Of a stretch of 64,000 nt of DNA, positions 48,731-60,687 are shown in pieces (positions within the stretch are counted from its first letter, which is position 1; the number at the start of each line of letters is the position of its first letter). Made by a program: the position numbers and the translations under genes. The notes beneath the pieces were generated by a model. It saw only the letters and a program-made list of their open reading frames with translations, was not told the DNA's origin and ran no database searches. The DNA is from Camelus ferus. Lineage: Eukaryota. Where the stretch lies: positions 34,348,001-34,412,000 of the forward strand of contig NC_045705.1 of the NCBI RefSeq assembly GCF_009834535.1, in the 5' to 3' direction.

Positions 48731-48835
48731 ATGTCACACAAGAAACCAAAACAAGCGGGCACCTTGTTTCTCAGGGCCACACGGTCCCCATCTTCTGGGC
48801 TGCTCTGGGTTACCACTGAAAGATAAATATCTTCT

Positions 48836-48927
48836 GGTTTTTGTTTTAAACAGAGGTACTGGGGATTGAACCTAGGACCTTGTGCATCTAAGCATGTGCT
48901 CTATACCACTGAGCTGTGCCCTCCCCC
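48836..48927 (-). mobile_element. Vic-1-type SINE, short form
   Basis: gaggtactggggattgaacctaggaccttgtgcatctaagcatgtgctctataccactgagctgtgccctccc. Confidence 0.9.
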
Positions 48928-49572
48928 CACCAAGAGAAATATTTTCCATTTTCCTCAAAACAGGAGGTTTTGATGAAGTTGTAGAGTACACGTTCTGGGA
49001 AATATTCAGCTCCTCCAAAAGACTGTCAGGATATTTAAAGAAGTTGTGTGTCTGTGAGAGTTACTAACCCAGCGTTTTTCTTGAAGGTGACACAATCATT
49101 GTGGATGAAGCGATGTTCTGAGTACTGATGCTTTACATAGATTACTTCATTGCATCCTCACAAGGAAGCCTGGGGCCAAAGGGGTGAAGTCACTTGCCCG
49201 TGTTTGCACAACTGGTAAGTGTCCAGCTGGGATCTGAACAGGCTGTGTGAGCCAGAGTCCCCCAGGTCCCTGCCACATGCTGTGGTACCTCTCAGTGGCT
49301 TTTTAAGTTTCCCATACTAAGCAGGCTTTGGACAAAACTGCAAACGGAGGAATAGGACTTGAAGGGGAAGTGAGCTGAGGGAAAAGAAGTATCTTCATTT
49401 GAACTGAAAAAATAAACCCCAAAATGAGGAGGGAAGTGACTTTAACCTTTCTTTTGTTTCTGATTATAGTAAGAAAAGGGAGATAAACTGCAAAGAAAGA
49501 AATTAAGATCCATTTTAAGGATTCGCACACACACACACACAAAAAAGATAGGACTTCAAAAGCCATAATATT

Positions 49573-50535
49573 ATATGGTAAGAGTACGTTTAACATTTTA
49601 AGAAACTGCCAAACTTTTTAAGGGCTATTGGACCATTTTATGTTCCCACCAGAGTTCCAGTTCCTCCACATTTTTGCCTGCTCTTCATAGAGCTGTCTTT
49701 TTCATTTTAGCCATTCTAATCAGTGTGTGCTCCTATCTTGCTGTGGTTGCCATTTACATTTCCCCAGTGATAAATGACGGTGAGCATCTTTTCACATGCT
49801 TATTTGCTATCCCTACATCTTCTCCTTGAGGTGTCTGTTCAAACCATTTGTCCTTTTTTTTATATATATAATTTATTTATTTGGGGGGGGTAGTGATTTA
49901 TTTTTAATGGAGGTACTGGGGATCGAACCCAGGACCTCGTGCATGTTAAGTACGTGCTCTACCACTGAGCTATACCCTCCTCCCTGATCCTTTATCTTTT
50001 TATTGAGTTTTTTTTTTCTTATTATTGAATTCTTTAAGAGTGACAGCCATTCTACTCCTGGATACTTGCCCAAATGAAATGAAAACATGTGTCCACATGA
50101 AGACCTGTGCACAAATGTTTACAGATGCTTTGTGTGTAAGAACCCAAAACTAGAAACAACCAAAACATTCAACAAGTGAGTGGATAAGCAAACTGGTATA
50201 TCCGTACAATAAAGAGGAACAAATCTTGTCCTACACCACAACATGGATAATTTTTATAAGTGAAAGAAGTCAAACAAAAAGAGAGTACATATTGTAGGAT
50301 TCCCATTCACAGACAACTCCAGAAATACAGACTAATGTATAGTGACAGAAAGCAAGCAGCTCCGTGGTTGCCTGAAGAAGGAGGGCAGAGGGGACAGATT
50401 ATGAAGGGTCAGGAGGACACTCTGGGGTGATAAATACATCACCTGTCTTAACTACAGTGATGATGCCATGGGAATATGCTTATGTCAAAACCTATCAAAG
50501 CATCCACTTCAAGTGCCGGAGTCTATGTGTCAATG
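49573..50535. mobile_element. 5'-inverted L1MB-type insertion (minus 49573-50040, plus 50041-50535)
   Basis: The minus piece ends at L1 ...ttaccatat and the plus piece resumes at (t)gacagccattctactcctgg. Confidence 0.75.
49856..49984 (-). mobile_element. Vic-1-type SINE nested in L1
   Basis: ggaggtactggggatcgaacccaggacctcgtgcatgttaagtacgtgctctaccactgagctataccctcc. Confidence 0.92.
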
Positions 50536-51132
50536 ACAGCTCAAAAAAATTTTTAAGAAATAAATCAGAGAGACGAACAGAAGCTCTGATTACACTTTCA
50601 TTTCTATTGCTGTTATTTCAACAGCCAGTGGTTTTGGTACATAAAGTAGTTTAAAGTGAAGACAGAAACAAAGAAATCCCATTAAGGAAGACTAGAGCAA
50701 TAGAGAGGAATTTTATGGCGGTAAGATTTTCTTATTTTCCATAGGATTAAATTTGTGGTTTTAAAAAAGAAAGGAGTGCTTTTGTAGAATTCAGTCCAAA
50801 GAAAACCATTCTGCAGCGAGTGGTTCTTAAACCATTTAAATGCGGCACCCAGTCTGTCTGAACTTAGAACTTAAAGATTTAGAACATTATTTTATGCATT
50901 TTCTAAAATATTTATAATTTACAGAAGAAAGAATTGTTAAATGCACGCTGTGTAATAAGATACCACTTTGCACATGATAGCAATACTTCCAGCTCTTCAG
51001 TGGTGATAATACTTCATTAGTTTTTAGACCTAACATCTGGCTCTATAAACCTGAATCTATAAGGGAGAGTAAACGCTTTGTGAAACAACATTTTTAATTT
51101 TTTCCAACTACAGAGGAAGAGAATATGATTCA

Positions 51133-52068
51133 ATGGAGCTGGGAAATGGCACCAGAGTAAAAGAATTTATATTCCTGGGACTTACTCAGTCCCCAGACCT
51201 AAGCTTGCTCTTATTTCTTGTTTTGTGTTTTGTGTACATGACGACTCTTCTGGGAAACCTCCTCATCATGGTCACCGTGACCTGTGAGTCTCGCCTTCAC
51301 ACCCCCATGTACTTCCTGCTCTGCAATCTAGCCATCCTGGACATCTGCTTCTCCTCCATCACTGCTCCCAAGGTCCTAGTAGACCTCCTGACCAAGATAA
51401 AGACCATATCATACACAAGCTGCATGATGCAGATGTTTTTCTTCCACCTCCTCGGTGGGGCAGATATTTTTTCCCTCTCTGTCATGGCCTTTGACCGCTA
51501 CATGGCCATCTCCAAGCCCCTGCACTACGTGACCATCATGAGCAGAGGGCGATGCGCTGCCCTCATTGTGGCCTCCTGGGTGGGGGGCTTTGTCCACTCC
51601 ATCGTGCAGATTTCCCTGTTGCTCCCACTCCCCTTCTGTGGTCCCAATATTCTTGACACGTTCTACTGTGATGTCCCCCAGGTCCTCAAACTCGCCTGCA
51701 CTGACACCTTTGCCCTTGAGCTGCTGATGATTTCCAACAATGGCTTGGTCACAACCCTGTGGTTTATCTTCTTGCTTGTGTCCTACACAGTCATCCTCAT
51801 GATGCTGAGGTCCCAGACAGGGGAGGGCAGGAAGAAAGCCATTTCCACCTGCACCTCCCACATCACGGTGGTGACCCTGCACTTTGTGCCCTGCATCTAC
51901 GTCTATGCCCGGCCCTTCACCGCCCTCCCCACGGATAAGGCCATCTCTGTCACCTTCACTGTCATCTCCCCTCTGCTCAATCCTATGATCTACACCCTGA
52001 GGAACCAGGAGATGAAATCAGCCATGAGGAGACTGAGGGGAAGACTCGTGCATTCCATAGTGGGATAG
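51133..52068 (+). CDS. OR4D11: OR4D11 orthologue, intact, 311 aa
   Basis: [54 protein letters not shown] match OR4D11 as recalled; gene order fits. Confidence 0.9.
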   Translation: MELGNGTRVKEFIFLGLTQSPDLSLLLFLVLCFVYMTTLLGNLLIMVTVTCESRLHTPMYFLLCNLAILDICFSSITAPKVLVDLLTKIKTISYTSCMMQMFFFHLLGGADIFSLSVMAFDRYMAISKPLHYVTIMSRGRCAALIVASWVGGFVHSIVQISLLLPLPFCGPNILDTFYCDVPQVLKLACTDTFALELLMISNNGLVTTLWFIFLLVSYTVILMMLRSQTGEGRKKAISTCTSHITVVTLHFVPCIYVYARPFTALPTDKAISVTFTVISPLLNPMIYTLRNQEMKSAMRRLRGRLVHSIVG

Positions 52069-53044
52069 AGTAAGACTCTCCAACCTCTTCATCAGCAAAG
52101 ACTCCTTTCATTGTTCTTTCCACAGAGTCATATTTATTTACCCAAATATATTGTCAATAGACCAGCTACACGTACTAGGTAACAATTTATTTTTCATTTT
52201 AATATGTTACTGATAACCCAAACTATTGATAAGCATGAGTATCTAATGTGATAGAACTGAGCTGATTGATGTATTTCCACTCAAAGACCAAAGTAATGAT
52301 GTGTCAAACATGAAAACTATATGGCAGGTGTAGAGACTGACTGAATCCAACCCCTTTTTCAAGAGGTCAGTAAATAGAAGACTAAAGATAAAGTGATTTG
52401 CTCAAGATCTTGCATCGAGTTAGTTACAAAGACAAGTCTTCAGATAATTAATTGCTCTTCTACCATATAAATGTAATTTATTACATTACTGGGCCCGTCC
52501 ATGCCAAACTGCAATCTTCTTCTAGAAAGATCTCATGATCAGTGCCTCTGAAGTACACACATATGAGTACATCACAGATTAAGAAAGTTTTTCTGCTTTG
52601 GTAAACTTCATATGGTCTTATGACCTATTAAGAACCTCAAAGGGACATAATTGAGGTCCCCCCACCCCCGCCAGATTCCTATCAGGAATGAAGAAGCTTG
52701 GGAAGATTTCCCATAATGGCCTCAAGGGATTTATCTTATGCGGAACTAGACATGCCAGATTCACATCCTCATGTTAAGTTTAGACAAAGGCAGACAACCT
52801 CAGGGATCCTACACAAAGAACCATCAGTCACATTATCCAAGAACTGGTTTTCAGCTGCAGTCTTAGTGCAAATCTCAGATTGGCTTCCACTGAGGATTTA
52901 CATTCTTCCCACTGGAGACAGAGAAGGTGTTAGAGAAGATAAACTCTAACCAGTCTGTCTGTTTTTCCATTTGTTAGTGAAGAGGCAGTACAGGTGAGTG
53001 GTTTTTGTCTGGAACAACATGATTAAAAAAGTAAAGTAAAAAGT

Positions 53045-53270
53045 GAAACATTGTAGTTGAAAGCTCTAACTTCAGAGTCATACAGACCTGGGTCCAAACC
53101 CTACCTCTGTCCTCCACCAACTGTGGTATCTTGAGTTATTTTAACTCTTAACAGATCACAGTTCACCTACACAAATGTACTTATACTGTCCGTCTCATGG
53201 AGTTATTGTGAGGGATAGAAAAAGATGGTATATATGAAACACACAATGTCTGGCAGAGAATAAATGCTCA
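53045..53270 (+). mobile_element. MIR SINE
   Basis: cagagtcatacagacctgggtccaaaccctacctctg...ctcatggagttattgtgagg. Confidence 0.7.
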
Positions 53271-53286
53271 AAGGCAAATGGAGAAA

Positions 53287-53830
53287 TTTTTTTAATCGAA
53301 GTATAGTCAGTTTACAATGTTATGTTGGTTTCTGGTNNNNNNNNNNNNNNNNNNNNNNNNNNNNNNNNNNNNNNNNNNNNNNNNNNNNNNNNNNNNNNNN
53401 NNNNNNNNNNNNNNNNNNNNNNNNNNNNNNNNNNNNNNNNNNNNNNNNNNNNNNNNNNNNNNNNNNNNNNNNNNNTCATTATAGTCTGTTACAAGGTATT
53501 GAATTTAGCTCCCTGGGCTCTACAAGTTATCTATTTTATATATAGTAGTTAGTATCTGTAAACCCCAGACTCCCAATTTATCCTTCCACTGACCCCATCT
53601 TCCCCTTTGGTAACCATAACTTTGTTCTCTGTGTCTATGAGTCTGTTTCTGTTTTGTAAAGTAGTTCATTTGTGTCATTTTTTATAGTCCATGTGTAAGT
53701 GATATATGGTATTTTTCTTTCTCTTTCTAGCTTATTTCACTTAGTATGACAATCTCCAGGTCATCCATGTTGCTGCAAATGGCATTATTTTATTCTTTTT
53801 TATGGCTGAGTAGTATTCCATTTATATATA
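53287..53830 (-). mobile_element. Type-A L1 3' end containing a 139-N gap (53337-53475)
   Basis: aagtatagtcagtttacaatg...ttcacttagtatgacaatctccaggtcatccatgttgctgcaaatggc. Confidence 0.85.
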
Positions 53831-54904
53831 TACTCAGGTAGCTCTGGTCTCTGGACTTCCTAAGCTTTTCTTTATGAACTTGCCTATGAAAAAATGCATA
53901 CCACAAATCACCTTATGAACCATTTCATGCAAATATGTCCTTTCTTTTACTTTCTGTCTCTTTTGACTCACTCAGATCATAGTTTTATCACTATGTCAGA
54001 ACTTGATGGCACCGAAGACCTATGGAGTCTGAATACTGCATCTCAGAAGCATAATCCCACGAAGGCAGGAACTCAGGAACCCCAGCCACAACACTGTCCC
54101 TGATACTTCCTCAAACTATATCTAAATACGCAATATAATCTGATTCAATAATTCAGAAGAAAGGGAAAGCAATTGCATCTCATTACACAAAGATATATTT
54201 TTTAATCTGGATGACATAAAATCACAAGCTGGGCTGCATTTTTCTCATTTAAATCAGTTTTTACTATTTTTTAAGCTCTGCTGCAAAGAGTCATAGAAAA
54301 TTCAACAGACTCTGGGCACATAGATAGCTTTAAAACTACCCTTTCCTACTTTACTCCCCTGAATCAAACATTTTCATGATAAGCATCTCTGGGTACTCAT
54401 GGACCACATAACACAAAAAAAAAATTCTGAAGTAATTAAATTGATGAGTATCAAGAACTGCCACCATGCTTCCTCCTTAGGTTCTAAGTGAGCCACGGAT
54501 CCCTGAGATGCAGAGGAAAATAATTACATAGGGACAATGTACATGTCATATTAAACAGAAATTGTATGTATAAATCTACACCATCCAGTCTCTGAGAGCT
54601 ACCTTGACAGTAGCCACAGAGGTTTGATTTTTCTATTGTTACCCTCTTACTTTAGTTTCACTCCCCCAGCTGATTGCAAGCAAAGCACTTCTGATAAGGA
54701 GGGAAACTGCACAGTCCATAGGGTGGTTTAACACGACACTTTCTACCTCAGCCAAGGGGGCTAAGGCACTGTCTCATGCGGTTCCTCTAGAGAAAGAGAA
54801 AAAGCTATGTCCTGGATGTGCACTTAGTGTCTCTGCGCGTATCTGTGAGATGGGGCAGAGAAGAGATGAGGGAGGGGGAGAGAGACGGAGGAGGAGCGCT
54901 TGGC

Positions 54905-55138
54905 AACTTTTTAATGACTCCCACAAGAGCACCATTGAATTGGCCACTCAGCTTCCACATTCATTCCCAGCAATATTCCCTTTGCTAATTCCTTTATTAG
55001 GCTTGTGGCTGAGGGACCAATAGAGGTGGCCAAGGTACCGTAAGGCAACGTGGAAGAGTCAGAATGATGTGATTCCCTGAGGCTGCCTTTTCCCACCTGA
55101 AGGAAAAACGTAACAAAATCACTACCCTTAAGGTAGGC
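54905..55138 (+). promoter_or_regulatory. Candidate promoter and first exon of OR4D9 (module 5) with exact H/P-element 13-mer
   Basis: AACTTTTTAATGA at 54905-54917 then C-TCCCACAAGA, CAATATTCCCTTTGCTAATTCCTTTATTAGGCTTG, GATTCCCTGAGGCTGCCTTTTCCCAC, donor TTAAG|GTAGGC at 55133. A consensus O/E site CCCCAGGGGA lies at 55414. Confidence 0.72.
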
Positions 55139-56394
55139 AGTCCACTACACAGAATTTCCCCAGAACCTACTCCTTCTGAGATGCAGTTGGAGCATCATAA
55201 AAGGATCGATTTTTCACCTGGAGACTGAGTCCGTTGGTGCTGGTATGTGTGAACTTCCGAAACTGAAAAGCTCTTTGTGTTGATGTTTTAGAAACCCTGC
55301 AAGTGTATAGAACGTTCCTGTTGAAACCAAAGCTCTTAACGAAGCAAAGCAGTAGTTTTTCACTATTAGGAAGAGGGGACTTGAGTCTTGCAAAACAGAA
55401 GAAGGTCAGTTGGCCCCAGGGGAGGTGATGCATTTTACTTGGTAGGATGTTGAGGTTTGAACTGTTCTGAAGGTACTTGAGAAAATGCGAATATCCCCAG
55501 CTCTCAGGAGGTTGACTGCTTTGGAGAAACAGCACTTAAAGAGAACAGTTCCTGAATTCAGTATATGCAGTCTGGCCAGCTTTGCTTCTTGGCTAGAGTG
55601 GAATTTGAGGGGCTTTGAGCAAGGTGTTTTAATGGCTAGCTTATCTGTGCCCTCATGTGCTACTGAATATGAATAATGCTCCTAAAACTTTTAGGAATTC
55701 AGTCAAGAGTAGAGGCTGTTCAGTATTGGGAAAGAGGAAACAGACGTGGGAGACCTGGCAGAGATTCAACTCAGTGGAGAGAACAGAGCAGCATTCTTAG
55801 TAGGAACCTGGGGTGTGCAGGTAACCCTCAGTTTGTGGGCTCTGTCCAAGGTGTTTGATAAGCTTGTTTCCAAAGGGTGGTTCCCTTTTGGGTGATTTCT
55901 AAGAAAGCCTCGTGATCCTACTTCTGACTTTGCAAAAACACATAAAACTGTATTCCTTTAACCAGTCTCCCCTCTTCCCTCTTTAGTGTGCTTGGGTTTC
56001 AATGCAACGTGCATAATTCTGCACTTTCAAAGTATCGTTCCCAGTCTTTGTAAAAAAGACAGCATCCATAGGAACCCACAATACCCATTATTATTTTGAA
56101 GTAATGCCACGCAGAAGTCGTTTCTGCATCTAACATTAGAGTACTATGTAGTTGGTGCAGGTTCTTGGTTACGGTACCGCTGAGGACTGCAAAGTCTGCT
56201 TTTCAAACTTTGCTTTATTTTCCCAAGTTACTTCTGACATGCTTTCGTGTAAGTAAGTCACTCTCAACCAAACTTTTCTCTCACCGTGTGCCGGCTTCTA
56301 ACGCCACTCTCTTACACTCACATTCTACATTCACTTGATTTGCAAAGGATTTTTTTTTACTTTGCAGGAGTTTTGGGGAAGGGCTGATCAACAC

Positions 56395-56600
56395 TGGGAA
56401 GAAATATAGTTGCAGTAATTAAAAGCATCAGACTTTGGAATAAGGCAGATCTCAGTTTGAGACGTGGCTCTACCAGCAGAGAAACTTTGAGCAAGTTACT
56501 TAATCTTTCCATGCCTTGGTTTCTTCCTCTGTGCAATCAGGATAATATTATCTATTTCACATGGATGCGACAGGTTTTGGAAGCGATAAAATGAACATAA
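56395..56600 (+). mobile_element. MIR SINE
   Basis: agcatcagactttggaataaggcagatctcagtttgag...gagcaagttacttaatctttccatgccttggtttc. Confidence 0.75.
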
Positions 56601-57593
56601 ATATTCACTAAAAGCAAGTAAAAAATAAGCCAAGCAGACCTCCGTTATTCTGCCCATATTTTTAGAATGCTGCGACCTTGAAAGTTGCTTAGACCCTCTC
56701 CTACCCACCCACCCACCGAAGCCTTACAGCCAGACTACTGGATTTCAGATTAAGGATTATAGTTTATTTTTTTTCTGTAATGGTTTTTTTTTTAATATCA
56801 ATACCTGTATTTACAACTGCATACAGAAATCAATTTATTTATATCTGTAGGCAGATGTGTGATACAATATTCTGACTTTTTTTAACATATGCCTTAGTTC
56901 AAATCCCTAAGCAAAAATGAAAAATACCGCTAGAGGATAAATGGCATTTTACACTTATTCCAAATTGTTGGGAAGAGGGTTTTGAACCACAGGATTTGTA
57001 GCAAGTTGAGCTCCTCTCAGTTAAGTCCCCACAAAGGGACCTGTGAGGCAGACACACCCACCTGGAGCTAGTGAGGGTGGGAAGCCACTGTCCAAACCAG
57101 AATCTTGAGCTGCTTTCAGTTTGCAAAACAGACTTGCAATCTTGCCTACGCCTTAGAAGAACCTGGCTTATGAGAAAGGTCTTACTATCATCATATTGTA
57201 GATAAATTACAATAGTACAACCATGTCCTGTGAACCTCACACACGTTGCTCAGGAGTTTGGTACTATGACTGAGTAACTTGCCCAGGGCCAAACCAGCTA
57301 GGAAGTGGTTAAACCCAAACTGCACAAAGAATTTGGATGTTCCACATATGTGTCTCCAAAATGCAAGTGTAGGTTATGATACTGTCCCAGAAGGCCTCCT
57401 GGACAAGGTTTACAAATCTTATTTGCCCAAATGGAACTGTTTTTCATGTATATCCCCATGATTTTGTACCCCCTCGCTTTTCTTTCTGCCGATCCCACAA
57501 ACTGCAACACTCTTATTATCTTAACTGTAAATTCCTTAAGGAAAGGACCTATATTTGAGTCACCTCCCTTTCAAAAAAATCATCTCTATGTCA

Positions 57594-58115
57594 TTATGAT
57601 GGTTAAATTTGTGTGTCAGCTGGACTGGCTGCAGGGTACCCAGATGAGACATTGTTTCTGGGCATTTTCAGATGAGATTAGCATTTGAATTGATGGACTC
57701 AGTAAAGCAGATTAATTGTCCCCCCTACCATAGATTGACTCCCTCCAGTCCATTGAGGGCCTAAATAGAACAAAAGAGGGAGAGGCAGGAGAAACGTATA
57801 CCCTTTATTCTTGCCTTACTGCTTGAGTTGGGACATCTTGTCTCATCACATAATTTACACCGTGGGCTCCCCTGGTTCTCAGATCACTGAACTGGACAGA
57901 ATTACAGCATCAGCTCTCCTGGGGCTCTAGCCTGCAGGCAGGTGGCGGGACTTAGCCTCCACAGTGGTGTGAGCCAGCTCTGTACAGGAATTCTCTCTCT
58001 CTCTCCCTGTCTCTTTCTCTCTCTCTCTCTCTCATGTGTTTGCATATAGATAATGTAGGCTGTATACAGATATAGATATAAATCCTATTAGTCTTATTTC
58101 TGGAGAACCCACATA
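57594..58115 (+). mobile_element. ERVL solo LTR (MLT2-type) with internal (CT)n
   Basis: tgatggttaaatttgtgtgtcagctggactggc...gatgagattagcatttgaatt...tcctattagtcttatttctggagaaccc. Confidence 0.85.
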
Positions 58116-58771
58116 CAGTCATGGAAAGACATCTGGAGGAAGGAGAGAAAATAGAAATAGTAAAGAAAGACAGGAGAGAGGAAAAGGGAGGGAGGGAGAG
58201 AAGGTGACACAGGGAACCCTTAATCTTGTCGCGTGGTTTCTTGAGCAGAAGATTTGAAAACCATGCCCTTATCCTTCCAATATCCAAAAGAAAGATTCTA
58301 GAGTAAGACGCTGTCATCAGTTAAAATATCTCTGCATTCCAGATTAACCAAAGACTACTTTGGGGATGATTTCTCCACTTTGTAGTTATGGCAAGTAGTT
58401 AGTTCAGGGAATTTTAATTCTGGGATGCTGGGCACCTGAAACCTCTGGGATCGTTCTTCTGATCTGAAGACTCATTCTTATCACTCCAAATTGTTGAATG
58501 AAACACCAATAATTAATAACAATGGAATGAGAAAGGGGGCTCTTATCTCATTTTTTGGTGTGAGTAGAAAGGAGAGTGCTGCTTGGGGAACTGTGATCTT
58601 TAAAAGATTTTTTTTTAAGATTAGAGGAGCAAAACTGGAGAAAAAAATAGAAGAATTAAAACCAGAATTGGAGAAAGAACTATATGTGGACAGCAGGGCA
58701 ACTGCTTAAGACAAGAATTTGGGAGGACCTAAAGTAAGAAAGAGAGAGAGAGAGATAAGAAGATAGCTCTC

Positions 58772-59203
58772 AACAACATGACGCCATTTGCAGTAACATG
58801 GATGCTCCTGGAGAATGTCATTCTAAGTGAAGTAAGCCAGAAAGACAAAGGAAAATACCATATGAGATCACTCATATGTGGAATCTAAAATAAATAAATA
58901 AATAAATACAAAACAGAAACAGACTCATAAACATAGAATACAAATTTGTGGTTGCCAAGGGGGCGGGGGGGTGGGAAGGGACAGACTGGGATTTCAAAGT
59001 GTAGAATAGATAAACAAGATTATACTGTATAGCACAGGGAAATATATACAAGATCTTATGGCTCACAGCCAAAAAAAATATGTGACAATGAATATATGTA
59101 TGTTCATGTATAACTGAAAAATTGTGCTCTACACTGGAATTTGACACAACATTGTAAAATGACTATAACTCAGTAAAAAAAATGTTAAAAAAAAAAAAGA
59201 AGA
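58772..59203 (+). mobile_element. Type-B L1 3' end with poly(A) and 14-bp TSD
   Basis: Flanks agaagatagctctc (58758) and agaagacagctctc (59204). Confidence 0.9.
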
Positions 59204-59359
59204 AGAAGACAGCTCTCTGGTTGTAGCTGGTAAAGGCTATAACTTGACTTATTATAAAATAACCATTAGGAAAGTGAGTGGTCAATTAACTTTTACCTTA
59301 AGTGAAATTCACTCTTTAGACATGAGATTAAAATGTTATATAGCAATCTCCATACTTGT

Positions 59360-60370
59360 TTTTAACATTTTACCAAAGTACAACAGAAAAACTCACATGA
59401 GCCTACAGTTCCATGAATTGTCACACAAGCTGAATGTATCTTTGCAACAAGCACCCAGATCAAAAAAAAAAACAAAAAACAAAAAAAACAGAACATTATC
59501 AGCACCTCAAAAGTCTCCCTCATGTTCCCTTTAGTTTTGTGTATTTTTGTTCTTCATGTGAAAGAATAAGGGTGTGTGCACCCTTTTGTGTCTGGATTAT
59601 TTGGCTTAATATTATGTTTGTGAGATTCATATATATTGTTCCCAGTGTTGGGAACATCCAGGGTAGATTATTCCCATTGTCGCATAGTAGTGTGTGAGTT
59701 TAACACAATTCACTTATCTTTTTTACTGTTAATGGGCATTGGTGTCATTCCTCAGTTTTAAGTAATTCCAAACAGTGCTGCTGTGAATATTCTAGGATAT
59801 GTCTTTTGGTGAACATAACATAGTGCACATACTTCCCAGGGGTGGCAAAGATTGTTCTTAACAGGGAGATAAGTAGATAAATAGGTAGATTGATTGATTG
59901 ATTGATAAACAGATAGATCAATCTCCATCTTAAGATAATGAATAATAAAGATATAGATATTAGCATTAGTAGATATAATCAAACAGTAAACTGGTTATTT
60001 TATACAACCCCCAGCATGTGTGAGGGTTTCAGTTGTTCCACATCTTCACCATCACTTGGTATTTTTCATCTTTTTCAACTTAGCCATTTTGGTGTGTAAG
60101 CAGTAGTTTCTTGCCATAATTTTAATTTTCATTTCCCCAGTAATGAAGTTGAACTGGCATTTGGATATTCCAAGTGAAGTTTTGGTTTGTGCCTTTTGCC
60201 ATTTTCTGGTTTGGGTATCTACCTTGTTTTACTGATTTGTAGAAGTTCTGTATATATTCTGGATGTGACTCTTTTCTTAGACATATTGTAAATGTCTTCT
60301 CCCATTTGTGAGTTCTATTTTAATTCTCTTAACGATGCTTTTTGTGAACACAAATTCTTCGTGTTGTAAA
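59360..60370 (-). mobile_element. Old L1MC/ME-type 3' fragment
   Basis: gcacccagatcaaaa...cagaacattatcagcacctcaaaagtctccc; ccagcatgtgtgagggtttcagttgttccacatcttcacc. Confidence 0.7.
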
Positions 60371-60687
60371 ATTTATGCTTATTATTTACTAAGTATCATA
60401 TGTTACAGTAAAAGTAGAATTGAGTAGGTTCACAGACCTGCCACCTGTGTTTCAGTGGTCACAGTGATAGAACCTATCTGTTTGAACGACTCCAGTCAAA
60501 ACCCAGGTCATCTTCTACCTAATGGCAGAATACAGAATTGCAGGCAGAGCCCGTACATGTAAAAGGAATTTCCTAGGCGAACACCAAATACATGGGACAG
60601 AAAGGACAACAGTAGATTTCATAACACGTTATTTAACGGCACTGTTATTTCTTACAGAGATATACCTGAAAAAGAATCTGTGCCCCA

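Noticed and set aside
52630-52735. TAATTG, TAATGG and CCTCAAGGGA motifs as a possible enhancer
   Set aside because: No composite spacing and no homology to the modules; consistent with chance.
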